IMG/VR virus record: IMGVR_UViG_2974518997_000001
Span: 1-64,000 of that record
Direction: 5' to 3' (one strand)
DNA length: 64,000 nt
DNA from: a virus
Taxonomy: Duplodnaviria; Caudoviricetes
Position 1 is the first letter of the stretch. Every line of letters begins with the position of its first letter. Under the pieces are notes generated by a model. It worked only from the letters and a program-made list of their open reading frames with translations, made no database searches and was not told where the DNA came from. Shown here one piece after another: positions 46,031 through 55,939 of the stretch. A program made the position numbers and the translations under genes.

Positions 46031-49000
46031 ATGACCTGGATCGGCGCTGTAAGCATCGGCACCGGCGGAACGATGATCATCGATGACGATGGCACGAACA
46101 TCCGCTACTACCTCGACCAGAAGGACGGGGCGACGAACATCGGCTCGCCCGGTGTCGACTGGTCGATCAACGTCAACGGCACGACCTACGCCGGGAAGTT
46201 CACGTGGGCCTCCGGCGGCGGCACGCGTCTCATCGCCGGACCGATCGGCGTCTCGACGAACCAGGTCACCTCGTTCGCGATCGCGAGCACCGGCACGCAG
46301 GGCTTCGGCTCGGGCGGCACGGTCTACGGCACGATCAACCGCTCTACGACCCCGAACGCGCCGACTCCGGTCACGTACTCGAGCGTCACCGATACCTCGA
46401 TGCGCCTGGCGTGGACGCTGGCCGGCAACGGTGGTGCGGCGATCGACCAGGTCCTGCTGCGCCGCTCGCTGACCTCGGACTTCGCCAGCTACGTCGACTA
46501 CCCGCTGTCGGCGAACGCGACCTCGTACACGGCCACCGGCCTGACGAAGAACACCCGGTACTACTGGCGCGTCTTCGCGCACAACATCAACGGCTTCTCG
46601 CCGCCCAGCGGCACGACCTCGCAGGTGACGGCAGACGCCCCGGCAGCTCCGGGCACTCCGACGGCGACGAACGTCACCGCGGTGTCGATGCGCCTGACCT
46701 GGGCGCTTCCTTCGGACAACGGCGGCATGGCGCTGACCGGTGTGAAGCTCCGTCGCGCGCGCAACAGCGCCTTCACCACCGACGTGGAGGACTTCGATCT
46801 CGCGGCGAACGCGACGGCTCTGACGGTCACGGATCTCATCCCGGACACAACGTACTACTGGCGCGTGTTCGTGAAGAACGCCGCCGGCTTCAGCCCGTCG
46901 TCCGGCATCCGCACGCAGGCTACGCCGGCGACGGGTGCGCCTGGTCTCGACGTCACGGCGTCGGCGACCTCCTCGGTCGCGCGCTTCACGCCTCCGGGCG
47001 GCCTGTCCGGCGTCTCGCAGTACGACCTCGAGCGGCGGCAGATCGGTGGTGGCGGCCTCGTCAACCAGCAGTCGACCTCGGGCACCTCGATCACCTCGAC
47101 GGGACTGACGGCCGGCACTCGCTACGAGTACCGTGCGCGTGCGCGCTGGAACGGCGGCGGCGGGTACATCTACTACTCCCCGTGGACGGACTGGAGCGGT
47201 ACTCCCGCGGCTCCTGGCTCGCTGACGGCCACCGGCACGGGCCCTGACTCGGTCCGTCTGAACTGGACCACGCCGTCGAACGGTGGCCTGGCGCTCAACG
47301 CGATCATCGTCGAGCGTTCCACGTCCGCGAGCTTCACCTCGGTGGCGACGACCACCCTGGCGGCGAACGCGACGAGCCTCGCTGTCACAGGTCTGAACCC
47401 GAACACGACCTACTACTGGCGGGTCTACGCGCGGAACGAGCAGGGTCTTAGCCCGGCGGCGACGACCAGCTGGAAGACCTTCCCCGAGACGTCCCCGGGC
47501 TTCAGCATCACGCGCACGGAGACGTCGTCGACCGCGGTGCTGACGCCCCCGACGGGCGGCTCTGCGCCGACGAAGTACACCCTCGAGCGCCGCGTTGTCG
47601 GCTCCTCGACCATCTCGAGCACGGACTCGGCGACGAGCCCGATCGTGTACAACGGCCTCGAGTCGGACTTCCGCTACGAGTGGCGCGCATCGGCCTGGTA
47701 CGGCACCTACCAGACGCCCTGGTCGGGCTGGCTGTCGACTCCCGGGTCTCCGACGACTCCGTCGGTCACCGAGCTAACGCCGACCTCGCTGAAGCTGAGC
47801 TGGTCGCTCTCGACGAGCAACGGCGGCCGCACGCCGACCGCGGTGAAGCTGCGCCGGTCGACGGACCCGTCCTTCGCGACGTACACCGAGACGGTGCTCG
47901 CGGCGACCGCGACATCGGCATCGGTCACCGGCCTGACGGCGGCGACGACCTACTACTGGCGCGTCGTGCAGACGAACGCGGTCGGCGACAGCGTGCCCAG
48001 CGGCACTCGCACGCAGACGACGCTGGCGGCGACTCCTCCGGGCCTGACGGTCACGGCGGCCGTGGCCGGCACGACCTCGAGCGCGGCGATGACCCCTCCG
48101 GGCGGCTTCTCCGGCGTGACGAAGTACACGCTGCAGCGTCGCGTGGCCGGCACCTCCTCGGTGACGACCCTGGAGGCGGCGAGCAGCCCGATCACCTCGA
48201 GCGGACTGCAGCCAGGCACGCGGTACGAGTACCGGGCCTCGGCCTGGTTCGGTGACTACCAGTCGCCGTGGACGAGCTGGGTGGCGCTGACGCAGCCGAA
48301 CCCGAACACGGACCCGGGCGCGTACTTCGATGGCAACACGCAGAACTCCAGTTCGGTGTCGTACACCTGGACGGGCACGGCGAACAACTCCAGTACGGTG
48401 GCGACGGCCGTCACTCCGACGGGCTGGGCGGTCTTCGAGCGCGCCGCGGCGTCGTGTGGCGGCACCGGAGCGGTGTTCCGCGCGGTCGGCGGTGCGTCGG
48501 GCGGCACGTCCGCTCGAGCGGTGTTCTTCACGGACGCGACGAACGCGGGCCTGCAGTTCGGCACTTCGGACCAGGTCGCCGATGCGCGCGCCGTGGTCGG
48601 CGAGGACGCGCCGTACGTCGGCTCGATCTACGTGATGCTCAGCAAGTCGCAGCGCGTGCGTGCGGTGATCCGGTGGATGACGGCCGGCGGCACGTACATC
48701 TCCGCGTCCACCGGTGACGCGGTCGTCGTGCCGGCGGGCGTGTGGACGCGCCTGTCGACGGGTGTGCGCACGTCCCCGATCGGTGCGCGCCGCGCGTCGG
48801 TCGTCGTGCAGGACGTCACAGGCACGGGCCACTCGCTGTGGCTCGGTGGCGACTGGGTTCAGGCGGACGCCGCGATGCTCACGCTGCAGACGCTGTTCCC
48901 CTACTTCGACGGTGACGACGCCCGCGACAACGCGCAGTACGACTACTCCTGGGTCGGCACGCCGAACGCCAGCGAGTCCACGCGAGCGCCCGCGGTACAG

Positions 49001-49525
49001 CGCTACGTCGACCCGCTCGCGGACCCGAACTGCCCTCCTCCGCCTCAGCCTCCCGCGGCACCGACGATCCAGGACGACTGCATCGTGCCGGTGGGCACCT
49101 GGCGTCGGTACTGGGCGCAGATCCCGGCGACGGAGATCAGCGACCACCTGCAGATGATCCCGACGATCTACGTGTCGACAGCATCCGCCGCGGCGCAGCA
49201 GGTGCGCGTGCGCATCTACGAGAACCCGAACCAGATCACTCCCGAGGAGTTTGACGACTCGAGCTGGATGAGCGAGCAGATCATCAGCTACCTGCCCGCG
49301 CGCACCCGTCTCACGCTCGAGGGTGTGGACCGACGGGCGTATGCTGCGGTGAACGGAGCGGACGACATCGCGGCCGACAAGCTGCTGTACGGCACCGACG
49401 GCGCTCCCGCGAGCTGGGCAATGCTCGGGTGCGGTATCGCCTACCTGCTCAGCTTCGATGTTCCTCTGGACGCTCCGACGGGCAACGTGTCGGTCGAGAT
49501 CGACCTGACCCGAAAGGTGATGTGA
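46031..49525 (+). CDS. minor tail protein with multiple fibronectin type III repeats
   Basis: repeated L-x-W...NGG...VTGL-P-TTYYWRV...N..G motifs. Confidence 0.85.
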   Translation: MTWIGAVSIGTGGTMIIDDDGTNIRYYLDQKDGATNIGSPGVDWSINVNGTTYAGKFTWASGGGTRLIAGPIGVSTNQVTSFAIASTGTQGFGSGGTVYGTINRSTTPNAPTPVTYSSVTDTSMRLAWTLAGNGGAAIDQVLLRRSLTSDFASYVDYPLSANATSYTATGLTKNTRYYWRVFAHNINGFSPPSGTTSQVTADAPAAPGTPTATNVTAVSMRLTWALPSDNGGMALTGVKLRRARNSAFTTDVEDFDLAANATALTVTDLIPDTTYYWRVFVKNAAGFSPSSGIRTQATPATGAPGLDVTASATSSVARFTPPGGLSGVSQYDLERRQIGGGGLVNQQSTSGTSITSTGLTAGTRYEYRARARWNGGGGYIYYSPWTDWSGTPAAPGSLTATGTGPDSVRLNWTTPSNGGLALNAIIVERSTSASFTSVATTTLAANATSLAVTGLNPNTTYYWRVYARNEQGLSPAATTSWKTFPETSPGFSITRTETSSTAVLTPPTGGSAPTKYTLERRVVGSSTISSTDSATSPIVYNGLESDFRYEWRASAWYGTYQTPWSGWLSTPGSPTTPSVTELTPTSLKLSWSLSTSNGGRTPTAVKLRRSTDPSFATYTETVLAATATSASVTGLTAATTYYWRVVQTNAVGDSVPSGTRTQTTLAATPPGLTVTAAVAGTTSSAAMTPPGGFSGVTKYTLQRRVAGTSSVTTLEAASSPITSSGLQPGTRYEYRASAWFGDYQSPWTSWVALTQPNPNTDPGAYFDGNTQNSSSVSYTWTGTANNSSTVATAVTPTGWAVFERAAASCGGTGAVFRAVGGASGGTSARAVFFTDATNAGLQFGTSDQVADARAVVGEDAPYVGSIYVMLSKSQRVRAVIRWMTAGGTYISASTGDAVVVPAGVWTRLSTGVRTSPIGARRASVVVQDVTGTGHSLWLGGDWVQADAAMLTLQTLFPYFDGDDARDNAQYDYSWVGTPNASESTRAPAVQRYVDPLADPNCPPPPQPPAAPTIQDDCIVPVGTWRRYWAQIPATEISDHLQMIPTIYVSTASAAAQQVRVRIYENPNQITPEEFDDSSWMSEQIISYLPARTRLTLEGVDRRAYAAVNGADDIAADKLLYGTDGAPASWAMLGCGIAYLLSFDVPLDAPTGNVSVEIDLTRKVM

Positions 49526-50718
49526 TGCAGGGAGTCTACGGAGAGCAGTGCATCAGCCGGCACTCGGTGATGATCCACGACCGCGGCGGCAAGCGCCGCA
49601 TCGATGCGCTGGTCGATGTGACTCTCGTGCGCTGGGGCCGGACCCTCTCGGGGTCGGTGATCAGCGAGATCCGGATCACCGGGAAGAAGGCGTGCCGCGA
49701 GCAGCTGGACAAGCTCGTGCGCATCAAGGCGCGGCGGCACGAGGTCGTCATCTTCCGAGGGCTAGAGCGCGTATTCGAGGGCCCCATCCTCCGAGTGAAG
49801 TGGCTCTCCAACGGCGTGGTGATCCTGGCGAAGGACGTCACCGAGTACCTGGCCGGCACGTCGCTCTCGAAGCACTGGCCCGGCCCGAAGCTCGGCGGCC
49901 CGAAGCTGATGACCACGCGCGTGCAGCAGATCATCACCCACGAGCTCACGACGCCGTACACCATGCGGACCGGGACCACGGAGAACCCGACGCTCGTGAC
50001 GGTGAAGCGCTGGGAGCAGATGGATCCGCCGATCAACGTGCTGCCTCACCTCGAGGTGCGCCCGTCGGCCACCCTCGAGACGACGGCGAACACGCAGGCC
50101 TTCGAGATGAGCGTGCTGGACGAGCTGTACGATCGCGCGCAGAGCTCGCTGAACTACACGACCATCGGTCGGAAGATCGTGATCTGGGACACCGACGAGC
50201 TGTTCGGCAAGACGCGCAAGCTCACCGATGCGGACTTCTACGGCGAGATCGAGGTGTACGAGGACGGCTCGGAGTTCTCGAGCATCAACCACCTGTCCGC
50301 GCAGCGCGACGACGAGGTGATCGTCACGGACCCGGGCGTCACGCAGGGTGTCGGTCACGCCGGCAGTGAGGACCCGTACTTCGGCGTCTGGGAGTACATC
50401 CAGTCGTCCTCGAGCGAGGAGGGCTCTGAGGCTCCGACCCAGGCCGAGCTCAACAGCCAGGCTCGCCGCATCGACCGCACCCGCCGCCGGCTGCCTCTGG
50501 TCATGGCGATCCCGGGATCCTCAGGCATTCGCCTCTCGGACGACCTGACGATCATGCAGCTGATCCCGGGCGTCGTGATGCCGGTCTCCGCGATCTTCAA
50601 CCTCCGGGAGGTGACCCAGGACCAGATTCTCACCGACGTGATGGTGGAGGAGACGTCCCTGGGTGAGACAATCCAGGTGGGCCTGTCGCCGTCAGGCCCT
50701 CTGACGGAGGCGGCATGA
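49525..50718 (+). CDS. minor tail protein (baseplate hub/Tal-like)
   Basis: VRWGR, HEVVIFRGLERVFEGPI, YTTIGRKI, LIPGV; TGATG coupling. Confidence 0.75.
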   Translation: MQGVYGEQCISRHSVMIHDRGGKRRIDALVDVTLVRWGRTLSGSVISEIRITGKKACREQLDKLVRIKARRHEVVIFRGLERVFEGPILRVKWLSNGVVILAKDVTEYLAGTSLSKHWPGPKLGGPKLMTTRVQQIITHELTTPYTMRTGTTENPTLVTVKRWEQMDPPINVLPHLEVRPSATLETTANTQAFEMSVLDELYDRAQSSLNYTTIGRKIVIWDTDELFGKTRKLTDADFYGEIEVYEDGSEFSSINHLSAQRDDEVIVTDPGVTQGVGHAGSEDPYFGVWEYIQSSSSEEGSEAPTQAELNSQARRIDRTRRRLPLVMAIPGSSGIRLSDDLTIMQLIPGVVMPVSAIFNLREVTQDQILTDVMVEETSLGETIQVGLSPSGPLTEAA

Positions 50719-51479
50719 GTCTCAACGCTGATGTGAAGCAGCGGGTCCGGGTAGAGAAGCGCCTGCAGAGTCTCGAGCGTGCCGCGGCGCGCAACGGCCG
50801 CTTCGTCCTGCCGGACCGGCTGAAGGGCGTGCTGTCCCGGACCCTCGACGCGAACGAGATGCAGGGGTCGGGCTGGTTTTGGCTGACGACGAATGGCGGG
50901 AACTCGCCGGACATCACGCAGAACTACATCATCGAGCAGTACGAGCTCGACTCGACGACGCGCTACCAGCAGGCCTGGCGCATCGGATCGCCGCCGAACT
51001 TCATCTTCGCCGAGCGCTGGACGCGCACGCGCACGGGCAACGGCGGCTGGACGGCGTGGAAGCTGCTCAGCTACCCGACCACGAGCTTCACACCGACGCT
51101 CACGGGCATGGCGCAGGGCAACGGGACCCTCTCGGGCACGTTCAGCGTCGCCGACGGCATCGTGACCGGCCGCATCATCTTCGTGCTGGGCTCCACCTCG
51201 GGCGTATCGAGCGATCTGCGCTTCAGCTACCCGCCTTTCCCGTACTCCGGCTCTACGATGAACGCAGGCTTCGGCCGATTGACCGACAGCTCGCAGGGAA
51301 TCGCCGCTCAGGCGACGGTTCTGTGCAACTCGAGCTTCATCTACGCCCGTCCGCTCGCCGCGACGACGATCGACAGCACCACGCAGTACCTGAGGGAGCT
51401 CCAGGGCTCTGCGAGCATCCCGTTCGCGTGGGGAGCGGGCGACAGCATGGTTCTCGACTTCAGTTACCCCATCGTCTAG
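50715..51479 (+). CDS. minor tail protein
   Basis: EKRLQSLERA, WTAWK, FTPTL, PFAWGAGD. Confidence 0.7.
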   Translation: MSLNADVKQRVRVEKRLQSLERAAARNGRFVLPDRLKGVLSRTLDANEMQGSGWFWLTTNGGNSPDITQNYIIEQYELDSTTRYQQAWRIGSPPNFIFAERWTRTRTGNGGWTAWKLLSYPTTSFTPTLTGMAQGNGTLSGTFSVADGIVTGRIIFVLGSTSGVSSDLRFSYPPFPYSGSTMNAGFGRLTDSSQGIAAQATVLCNSSFIYARPLAATTIDSTTQYLRELQGSASIPFAWGAGDSMVLDFSYPIV

Positions 51480-51488
51480 GAGGAAATC

Positions 51489-51797
51489 GTGTCATCCCAG
51501 GAAGTTCTGACCATCATCGCCAGCCTGAATGGCGGATTCAACGGGGAGGTGCTCGGAAAGCAGATCAACGTGGAGATTCTGTCGCCCACGGAGGCGATCT
51601 ACACGCTGAAGTACTTCGAGAACAACCAGCCGACCGGCGAATCCGAGCGATATGCGCTCACACTCGTCGAATTACCCCCTCTGCCGGTGGATCCGAACGA
51701 TCCGCTCGAGGGAAGCGCGTCCACAGGCGGCGGAGGCCTCCCGATCGAGCTCGAGGAGACCCAGCCGTTCGATTCGAACACCGAGGAGCCCTCATGA
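51489..51797 (+). CDS. hypothetical protein
   Basis: AGGAGG RBS. Confidence 0.7.
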   Translation: MSSQEVLTIIASLNGGFNGEVLGKQINVEILSPTEAIYTLKYFENNQPTGESERYALTLVELPPLPVDPNDPLEGSASTGGGGLPIELEETQPFDSNTEEPS

Positions 51798-51961
51798 GCA
51801 CCGATATTCCCGGCCACGACCAGATCAAGGAGGCTCTCCTCGCCGAGGGTGCTCCTCCGCACTTCATCCTGGACATCGGGAACAGCGATGACCTCGATGG
51901 AGACGGCCTGGTGAAGGTCTCGCTCGGCCTGGACGGCGAGCTCGTCTTCGAGGACGCCTGA
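51794..51961 (+). CDS. hypothetical protein
   Basis: GAGGAG RBS, ATGA overlap. Confidence 0.65.
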   Translation: MSTDIPGHDQIKEALLAEGAPPHFILDIGNSDDLDGDGLVKVSLGLDGELVFEDA

Positions 51962-51962
51962 G

Positions 51963-52802
51963 ATGGCGTTCACATACCAGGGAGCGCACGTCGACCTCGG
52001 ATTCGGCCGCGGGTGGCTGGATAAGGGCCCGGCAGCCTCGATCGGGCGCATTGACCGCGCTCTCGGGCATCCTCTGCAGATCACCGAGGCAGGACGCAAC
52101 TGGGCGCAGCAGAACAAGCACTTCCAGCACTACCTGAAGTACGGCTACCCGATCGCGCTCGATCCGAACACCCCGAGCGAGCACCAGAAGGGCAAGTCGA
52201 TCGACTCCGACGAGGCGCAGAAGCACCAGGCGCTGATGGAGGAGCACGGCTGGCGGCGCACGGTCTACCGCTGGGTCAACGGCGTCTGGACTCTCGTCGA
52301 GCGCTGGCACTACGAGTACTTCCCGCACCTCGACCTCCACATCAACGACAAGATCATCCCCACCTCGAAGGAGAACACCATGCCCGTCTCTGTCCGCACG
52401 CCGAACGGGAAGATCTACGCGATCGACACCGGCTCGATCATCCACTACTCGCGCCAGAGTCAGGCGACGGTCACGACCGACGTCAACGACCCGGGCCCCG
52501 GCACCGGTGAGACCCACAACCTCACCCTCACGCAGTTCGTCGACTACCTCGACGGCATGCTGATCCCCCGCAGCGTCCTCGACGGCTCGGGCAACGTGCT
52601 GAACCCGGAGTCGGGCAAGTACGAGGTTGGCGGTGCGTGGAGCTGGGAGCGCGTGAACAAGGCGGCCAACGACCGCATCGAGAAGCAGAACGCCGAGCTC
52701 GCGAAGAGCATCGCGGCGCAGAAGGCGCAGGCCGACCGCGTCGAGGCGCAGAACAAGGCGATCCAGTCTCAGCTGGCGCAGATCGCGGCGGCGCAGAAGT
52801 AG
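51963..52802 (+). CDS. endolysin, M15 (LAS/Hedgehog-fold) peptidase
   Basis: ITEAGR, SEHQKGKSID (SxHxxGxxxD), ERWH (ExxH); C-terminal domain and coiled coil. Confidence 0.85.
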   Translation: MAFTYQGAHVDLGFGRGWLDKGPAASIGRIDRALGHPLQITEAGRNWAQQNKHFQHYLKYGYPIALDPNTPSEHQKGKSIDSDEAQKHQALMEEHGWRRTVYRWVNGVWTLVERWHYEYFPHLDLHINDKIIPTSKENTMPVSVRTPNGKIYAIDTGSIIHYSRQSQATVTTDVNDPGPGTGETHNLTLTQFVDYLDGMLIPRSVLDGSGNVLNPESGKYEVGGAWSWERVNKAANDRIEKQNAELAKSIAAQKAQADRVEAQNKAIQSQLAQIAAAQK

Positions 52803-52914
52803 GACGCCACGCGCACACTTGAGAGGGTTCAGTCCACAAGACTGGACCCTCTCAGGTATCCTCGTAGACGAACATGCTGGCCAGGGGCCGGTGTTCCTCA
52901 CGAGGGGAACATCG

Positions 52915-53397
52915 ATGATCTTGGAGCAGCTGGTCCAGCTGGTGATCGCCACCACGTCCGCACACCTGGCGCAGGCCGTCGGCGAAGAGGGTGGGACCGG
53001 AAACGGCAACGGCACGCTGATCATCGACCTGCTGAACATGCAGTGGTGGCAGGCGCTCTTCGGCATCCTGGCGGGCCTCGGTCTGTCGCCGGCACCGTGG
53101 ATCCTCGGTCTCGCGACGAACAAGATCCAGTTCACCGCGGCGGCGAATGCCGCGTACGCCGCGCGCGAGGCGGACCTGAAGGCCTATCACGCAGACGTGG
53201 TGAAGCGTCTCGAGCAGCGGTACTCTGACTTGGAAGAGACGAACGACAAGAACGTCGAAGCTCTGAATGCGCAGAAGGAACGTGCAGACAAGGCCACCTC
53301 GGCCGTCTTCGAGACAACGGAAGCTCTGCGGCAGGCCTCCCACGTCATTGACGAACTCCGCTTGGCCGCGCAGGGGGTGACTCCGAATGGTTCATGA
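52915..53397 (+). CDS. membrane protein with coiled coil (lysis cassette)
   Basis: TM ALFGILAGLGLSPAPWILGL; GAGGGG RBS. Confidence 0.7.
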   Translation: MILEQLVQLVIATTSAHLAQAVGEEGGTGNGNGTLIIDLLNMQWWQALFGILAGLGLSPAPWILGLATNKIQFTAAANAAYAAREADLKAYHADVVKRLEQRYSDLEETNDKNVEALNAQKERADKATSAVFETTEALRQASHVIDELRLAAQGVTPNGS

Positions 53398-53626
53398 CGA
53401 CTCGACCGGTCTGGGGCCGGAGGTCGTCGGACCCTGCCCAGAAGATCTTCGTCGTCAGGCCAATGAGCGCCTGGAGACGGCGGAACTCGACATCCAGCGC
53501 AGCGACGAGGCTGTGGAGGAGCTCAGTCGAACGCTGAGCGACTTCAAGGCGATGTGGGAGAAGAACGGGTTCGGAGAGGACCTGGTCAAGATTTTCAAGG
53601 CACCACTGAGGGGTAGCAGAGCATGA
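53387..53626 (+). CDS. hypothetical protein (lysis cassette)
   Basis: overlap; ...WEKNGFGE.. Confidence 0.7.
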   Translation: MVHDDSTGLGPEVVGPCPEDLRRQANERLETAELDIQRSDEAVEELSRTLSDFKAMWEKNGFGEDLVKIFKAPLRGSRA

Positions 53627-54537
53627 TCATCGGGGAGAACTTGGTGGAGTTGGCACCGAGCGACTGGGCCATGGTGGCCTTCACGTTCGGAGTGCTGTGG
53701 TTCGTGCTGGACTACGGGATCTTCAACCCGTGGTGGCGCGCTCCGATCGGCTGGGTGGTGATGATCTACGGATTCAGCGTCCTGCTGCTGATGTTCCTCA
53801 TCCTGTACGGCCTGGTGGCCGGCCAGAGGGTCGATGAGTGGGCACGACTGCCTGTGGGCGTGCTTCTGGTCGCTGGCATCCTCGGGAAGATCGTGATCTT
53901 GCACGTCGCGCGCCATGAGGGCCGAATCGAGCGCCGTAGGCTCCGTGCAGAGCGCCACGCGCGCCTCAGCGAGGTTCGGAACGCCGAAATGGTCGATCGA
54001 GAGCCTCCGGCATCGTTCCTGAGCGCCCAGAGCGCTCCGAAGACACTTCCGAGCGCCACACGGGCGTCGGAGAAGAGAAAGGTGAGGCAGATGATCATCA
54101 ACAAGTACCTCGCCGGGCTCCTGACCGTGCTCGTGGTTGCTGTGACCGCGTTCCAGGCGGCGCTCAGCGACGGATTCACCACCACGGAGGCCTGGCAGCT
54201 CTCGGGACTCGTTCTGGGTGCGTTCGTGACCGTATTCGTGCCCCTCCTGCAGGGAAAGTGGGCTGCAGGGCTCAAGGTCGGCGGTGCGGTCCTCGGAGCA
54301 GCGATCGCAGCCATCGTTCCGTTCGCGACGGGTGGCTGGGACGCCTCCGCGGTCACTATCGTCGTGCTGGCCATCCTGAACACCCTGACGACGCAGATGG
54401 GCGTCGATGTGCGTATCGATTCGGCCAAGCAGGCCCTGGCAGACCCCTCGGTCTCCATCGAGGTGCCTCACAACGTCGATCCGGTCGCGATGAAGATCGC
54501 AGGGCCTCCGACGGAAGCGCCGGCACTCTCTCAGTGA
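53623..54537 (+). CDS. multi-TM membrane protein / holin (likely second in-frame start at 54091)
   Basis: 3 TM + polar linker + 4 TM; AAGGTGAGG RBS before ATG 54091. Confidence 0.7.
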   Translation: MIIGENLVELAPSDWAMVAFTFGVLWFVLDYGIFNPWWRAPIGWVVMIYGFSVLLLMFLILYGLVAGQRVDEWARLPVGVLLVAGILGKIVILHVARHEGRIERRRLRAERHARLSEVRNAEMVDREPPASFLSAQSAPKTLPSATRASEKRKVRQMIINKYLAGLLTVLVVAVTAFQAALSDGFTTTEAWQLSGLVLGAFVTVFVPLLQGKWAAGLKVGGAVLGAAIAAIVPFATGGWDASAVTIVVLAILNTLTTQMGVDVRIDSAKQALADPSVSIEVPHNVDPVAMKIAGPPTEAPALSQ

Positions 54538-54547
54538 CGCTGCACAG

Positions 54548-54581
54548 GAGCCCGCCTCAGTCTTCGGACGGGGCGGGCTTC
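54548..54581. terminator. stem-loop at convergent gene junction
   Basis: gagcccgcctcagtc-ttcg-gacggggcgggctt. Confidence 0.65.
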
Positions 54582-54916
54582 TGCGTGCGGTCGGGAGTCG
54601 TCTCGAGGAACAGACGGCGCTGATCCTCCCAGGAGTAGGCGGTCGCGGGCAGCACGAGAGCGTAGTCACTGCGCTTCGGCTCGGGATCTTCTCCCATGAG
54701 CGCGGCAGCGAGGTCGTTGAAGGCCTTCGTCACTTCTTCGACGATCGGGATGAAGGACTCGACCAGCGCTTCAGCGAACGCCTCCCAGCGCTCGACGATG
54801 CCGGGCATCTCCTGGAGAGCCATGATGAGCAGGGCCTCATCGAGAGCCTTCTGCTCGCGCCGAGCCTTGCGGATCGCGCGGCCTTCGTGCCGACGGGAGT
54901 GCGCGCGCTGGCTCAT
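54557..54916 (-). CDS. hypothetical protein
   Basis: minus-strand codon bias, ATGA overlap. Confidence 0.7.
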   Translation of the reverse strand: MSQRAHSRRHEGRAIRKARREQKALDEALLIMALQEMPGIVERWEAFAEALVESFIPIVEEVTKAFNDLAAALMGEDPEPKRSDYALVLPATAYSWEDQRRLFLETTPDRTQKPAPSED

Positions 54917-55137
54917 CGGGCTGCGCTCACGATCGCGGCGACGCGGGCATCATCGTGGATGATCGCGTGGTTGAACCCGACGTTCAGCGCGCTCTTGCGG
55001 TACTCCCAGCCGCGGTGCACCCAGGTGCAGTCCTCCTCGAGGCAGACGGTGTCGTAGACCGCGGAGGTGTGGGTGATCATCCGCTTCTCGATGTCGAACA
55101 TCTTGCGCAGCTGCGCGGTGCTCTTCACGCGAGGCAT
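54913..55137 (-). CDS. hypothetical protein
   Basis: MPRVKSTAQLRK; TGATG coupling. Confidence 0.7.
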   Translation of the reverse strand: MPRVKSTAQLRKMFDIEKRMITHTSAVYDTVCLEEDCTWVHRGWEYRKSALNVGFNHAIIHDDARVAAIVSAAR

Positions 55138-55517
55138 CAGGCCACCGCCTCGGCAGAGCCGTCGTCGAGCCATGAGCCGATGATCGCCAGCTCGATGATC
55201 TCGGCCTGGCTGAGGCGCTCGTTCACGATGACGGCCGCGGCGTGCAGGACGCACTCGGGGCAAAGAGAGAGCCCTGCCACGGTGGAGAACGACGGGACGA
55301 TCTCGTGGTCAGGGCTGAGGAAGTGGAGGGTGCAGTTCTGCTGCTCGGCGTAGTGGAGCTTGGCCTTCGATGCCGGCGACAGATCCTTCGCGTCGGTCTG
55401 GAGTGCGGCTGCCACGGCTTCGATCTCCTCTCGGACGATGGCCGCTCTTTCGCGGATCTCCGCGGGAATCGACGCGGTGTGCGTCACGGCGCTGGAGCTG
55501 TTCATGGTCATTGACAT
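55137..55517 (-). CDS. hypothetical protein
   Basis: GAGGA RBS; C..H...LCPEC. Confidence 0.7.
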   Translation of the reverse strand: MSMTMNSSSAVTHTASIPAEIRERAAIVREEIEAVAAALQTDAKDLSPASKAKLHYAEQQNCTLHFLSPDHEIVPSFSTVAGLSLCPECVLHAAAVIVNERLSQAEIIELAIIGSWLDDGSAEAVA

Positions 55518-55600
55518 GGCGGTCCTCTTCTCGGATGAGCACACTAGGCGTCCGTGCTCGTCAGCGGATTCTACGCCGCCCTGCTCTCGATCGGGAAGCG

Positions 55601-55641
55601 TGCTACAATAGTATTACGGAAGGGCGAAGGGCGCAACTCCG
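55601..55641 (+). promoter_or_regulatory. extended -10 promoter plus AAGGG hairpin, copy 4 (weak stem)
   Basis: TGCTACAAT 55601-55609; cgga-agg-gcg-AAGGG-cgc-aac-tccg. Confidence 0.65.
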
Positions 55642-55652
55642 GAAAGGACATC

Positions 55653-55937
55653 ATGAGCGACGAGAAGGTGCAGTACCGGCACCAAGTCATCGAGAAGTGG
55701 GTCAGCGAGTTCCGACCCAGCCTGACCGACTCGAACATCAAGACCTTCCTCGAGGAGTTCGTGATCGAGTGGGAAGAGGCCGAGCAAGCTCAGATCTGCG
55801 ACCACTGCGGAGATCCTCTCGACGGCACTGAGCCGGAGATGATCGACGAGCAAGACGGCACGCTCGCGCACAGCGAGTGCTTGGCCGAGGCGTACCGGGA
55901 TCCGCGCGAGGATTCCGGCTACTGGAAGGAGGACTGA
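55653..55937 (+). CDS. hypothetical protein with Zn-finger-like motif
   Basis: AAAGGA RBS; CDHCG...HSEC. Confidence 0.75.
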   Translation: MSDEKVQYRHQVIEKWVSEFRPSLTDSNIKTFLEEFVIEWEEAEQAQICDHCGDPLDGTEPEMIDEQDGTLAHSECLAEAYRDPREDSGYWKED

Positions 55938-55939
55938 TC

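Noticed and set aside
46350-48300. Repeats in the tail gene as a diversity-generating retroelement
   Set aside because: Ordinary diverged FN3 repeats; no adenine-specific template/variable pair noticed and no reverse transcriptase in the window.
19060-49147. Very long minus-strand ORFs (e.g. 19060-21900, 25421-28861, 29608-32373, 40767-44090, 42326-45892)
   Set aside because: Antisense shadows of high-GC3 plus-strand genes; Arg/Gly/Val-rich, no motifs, no RBS.
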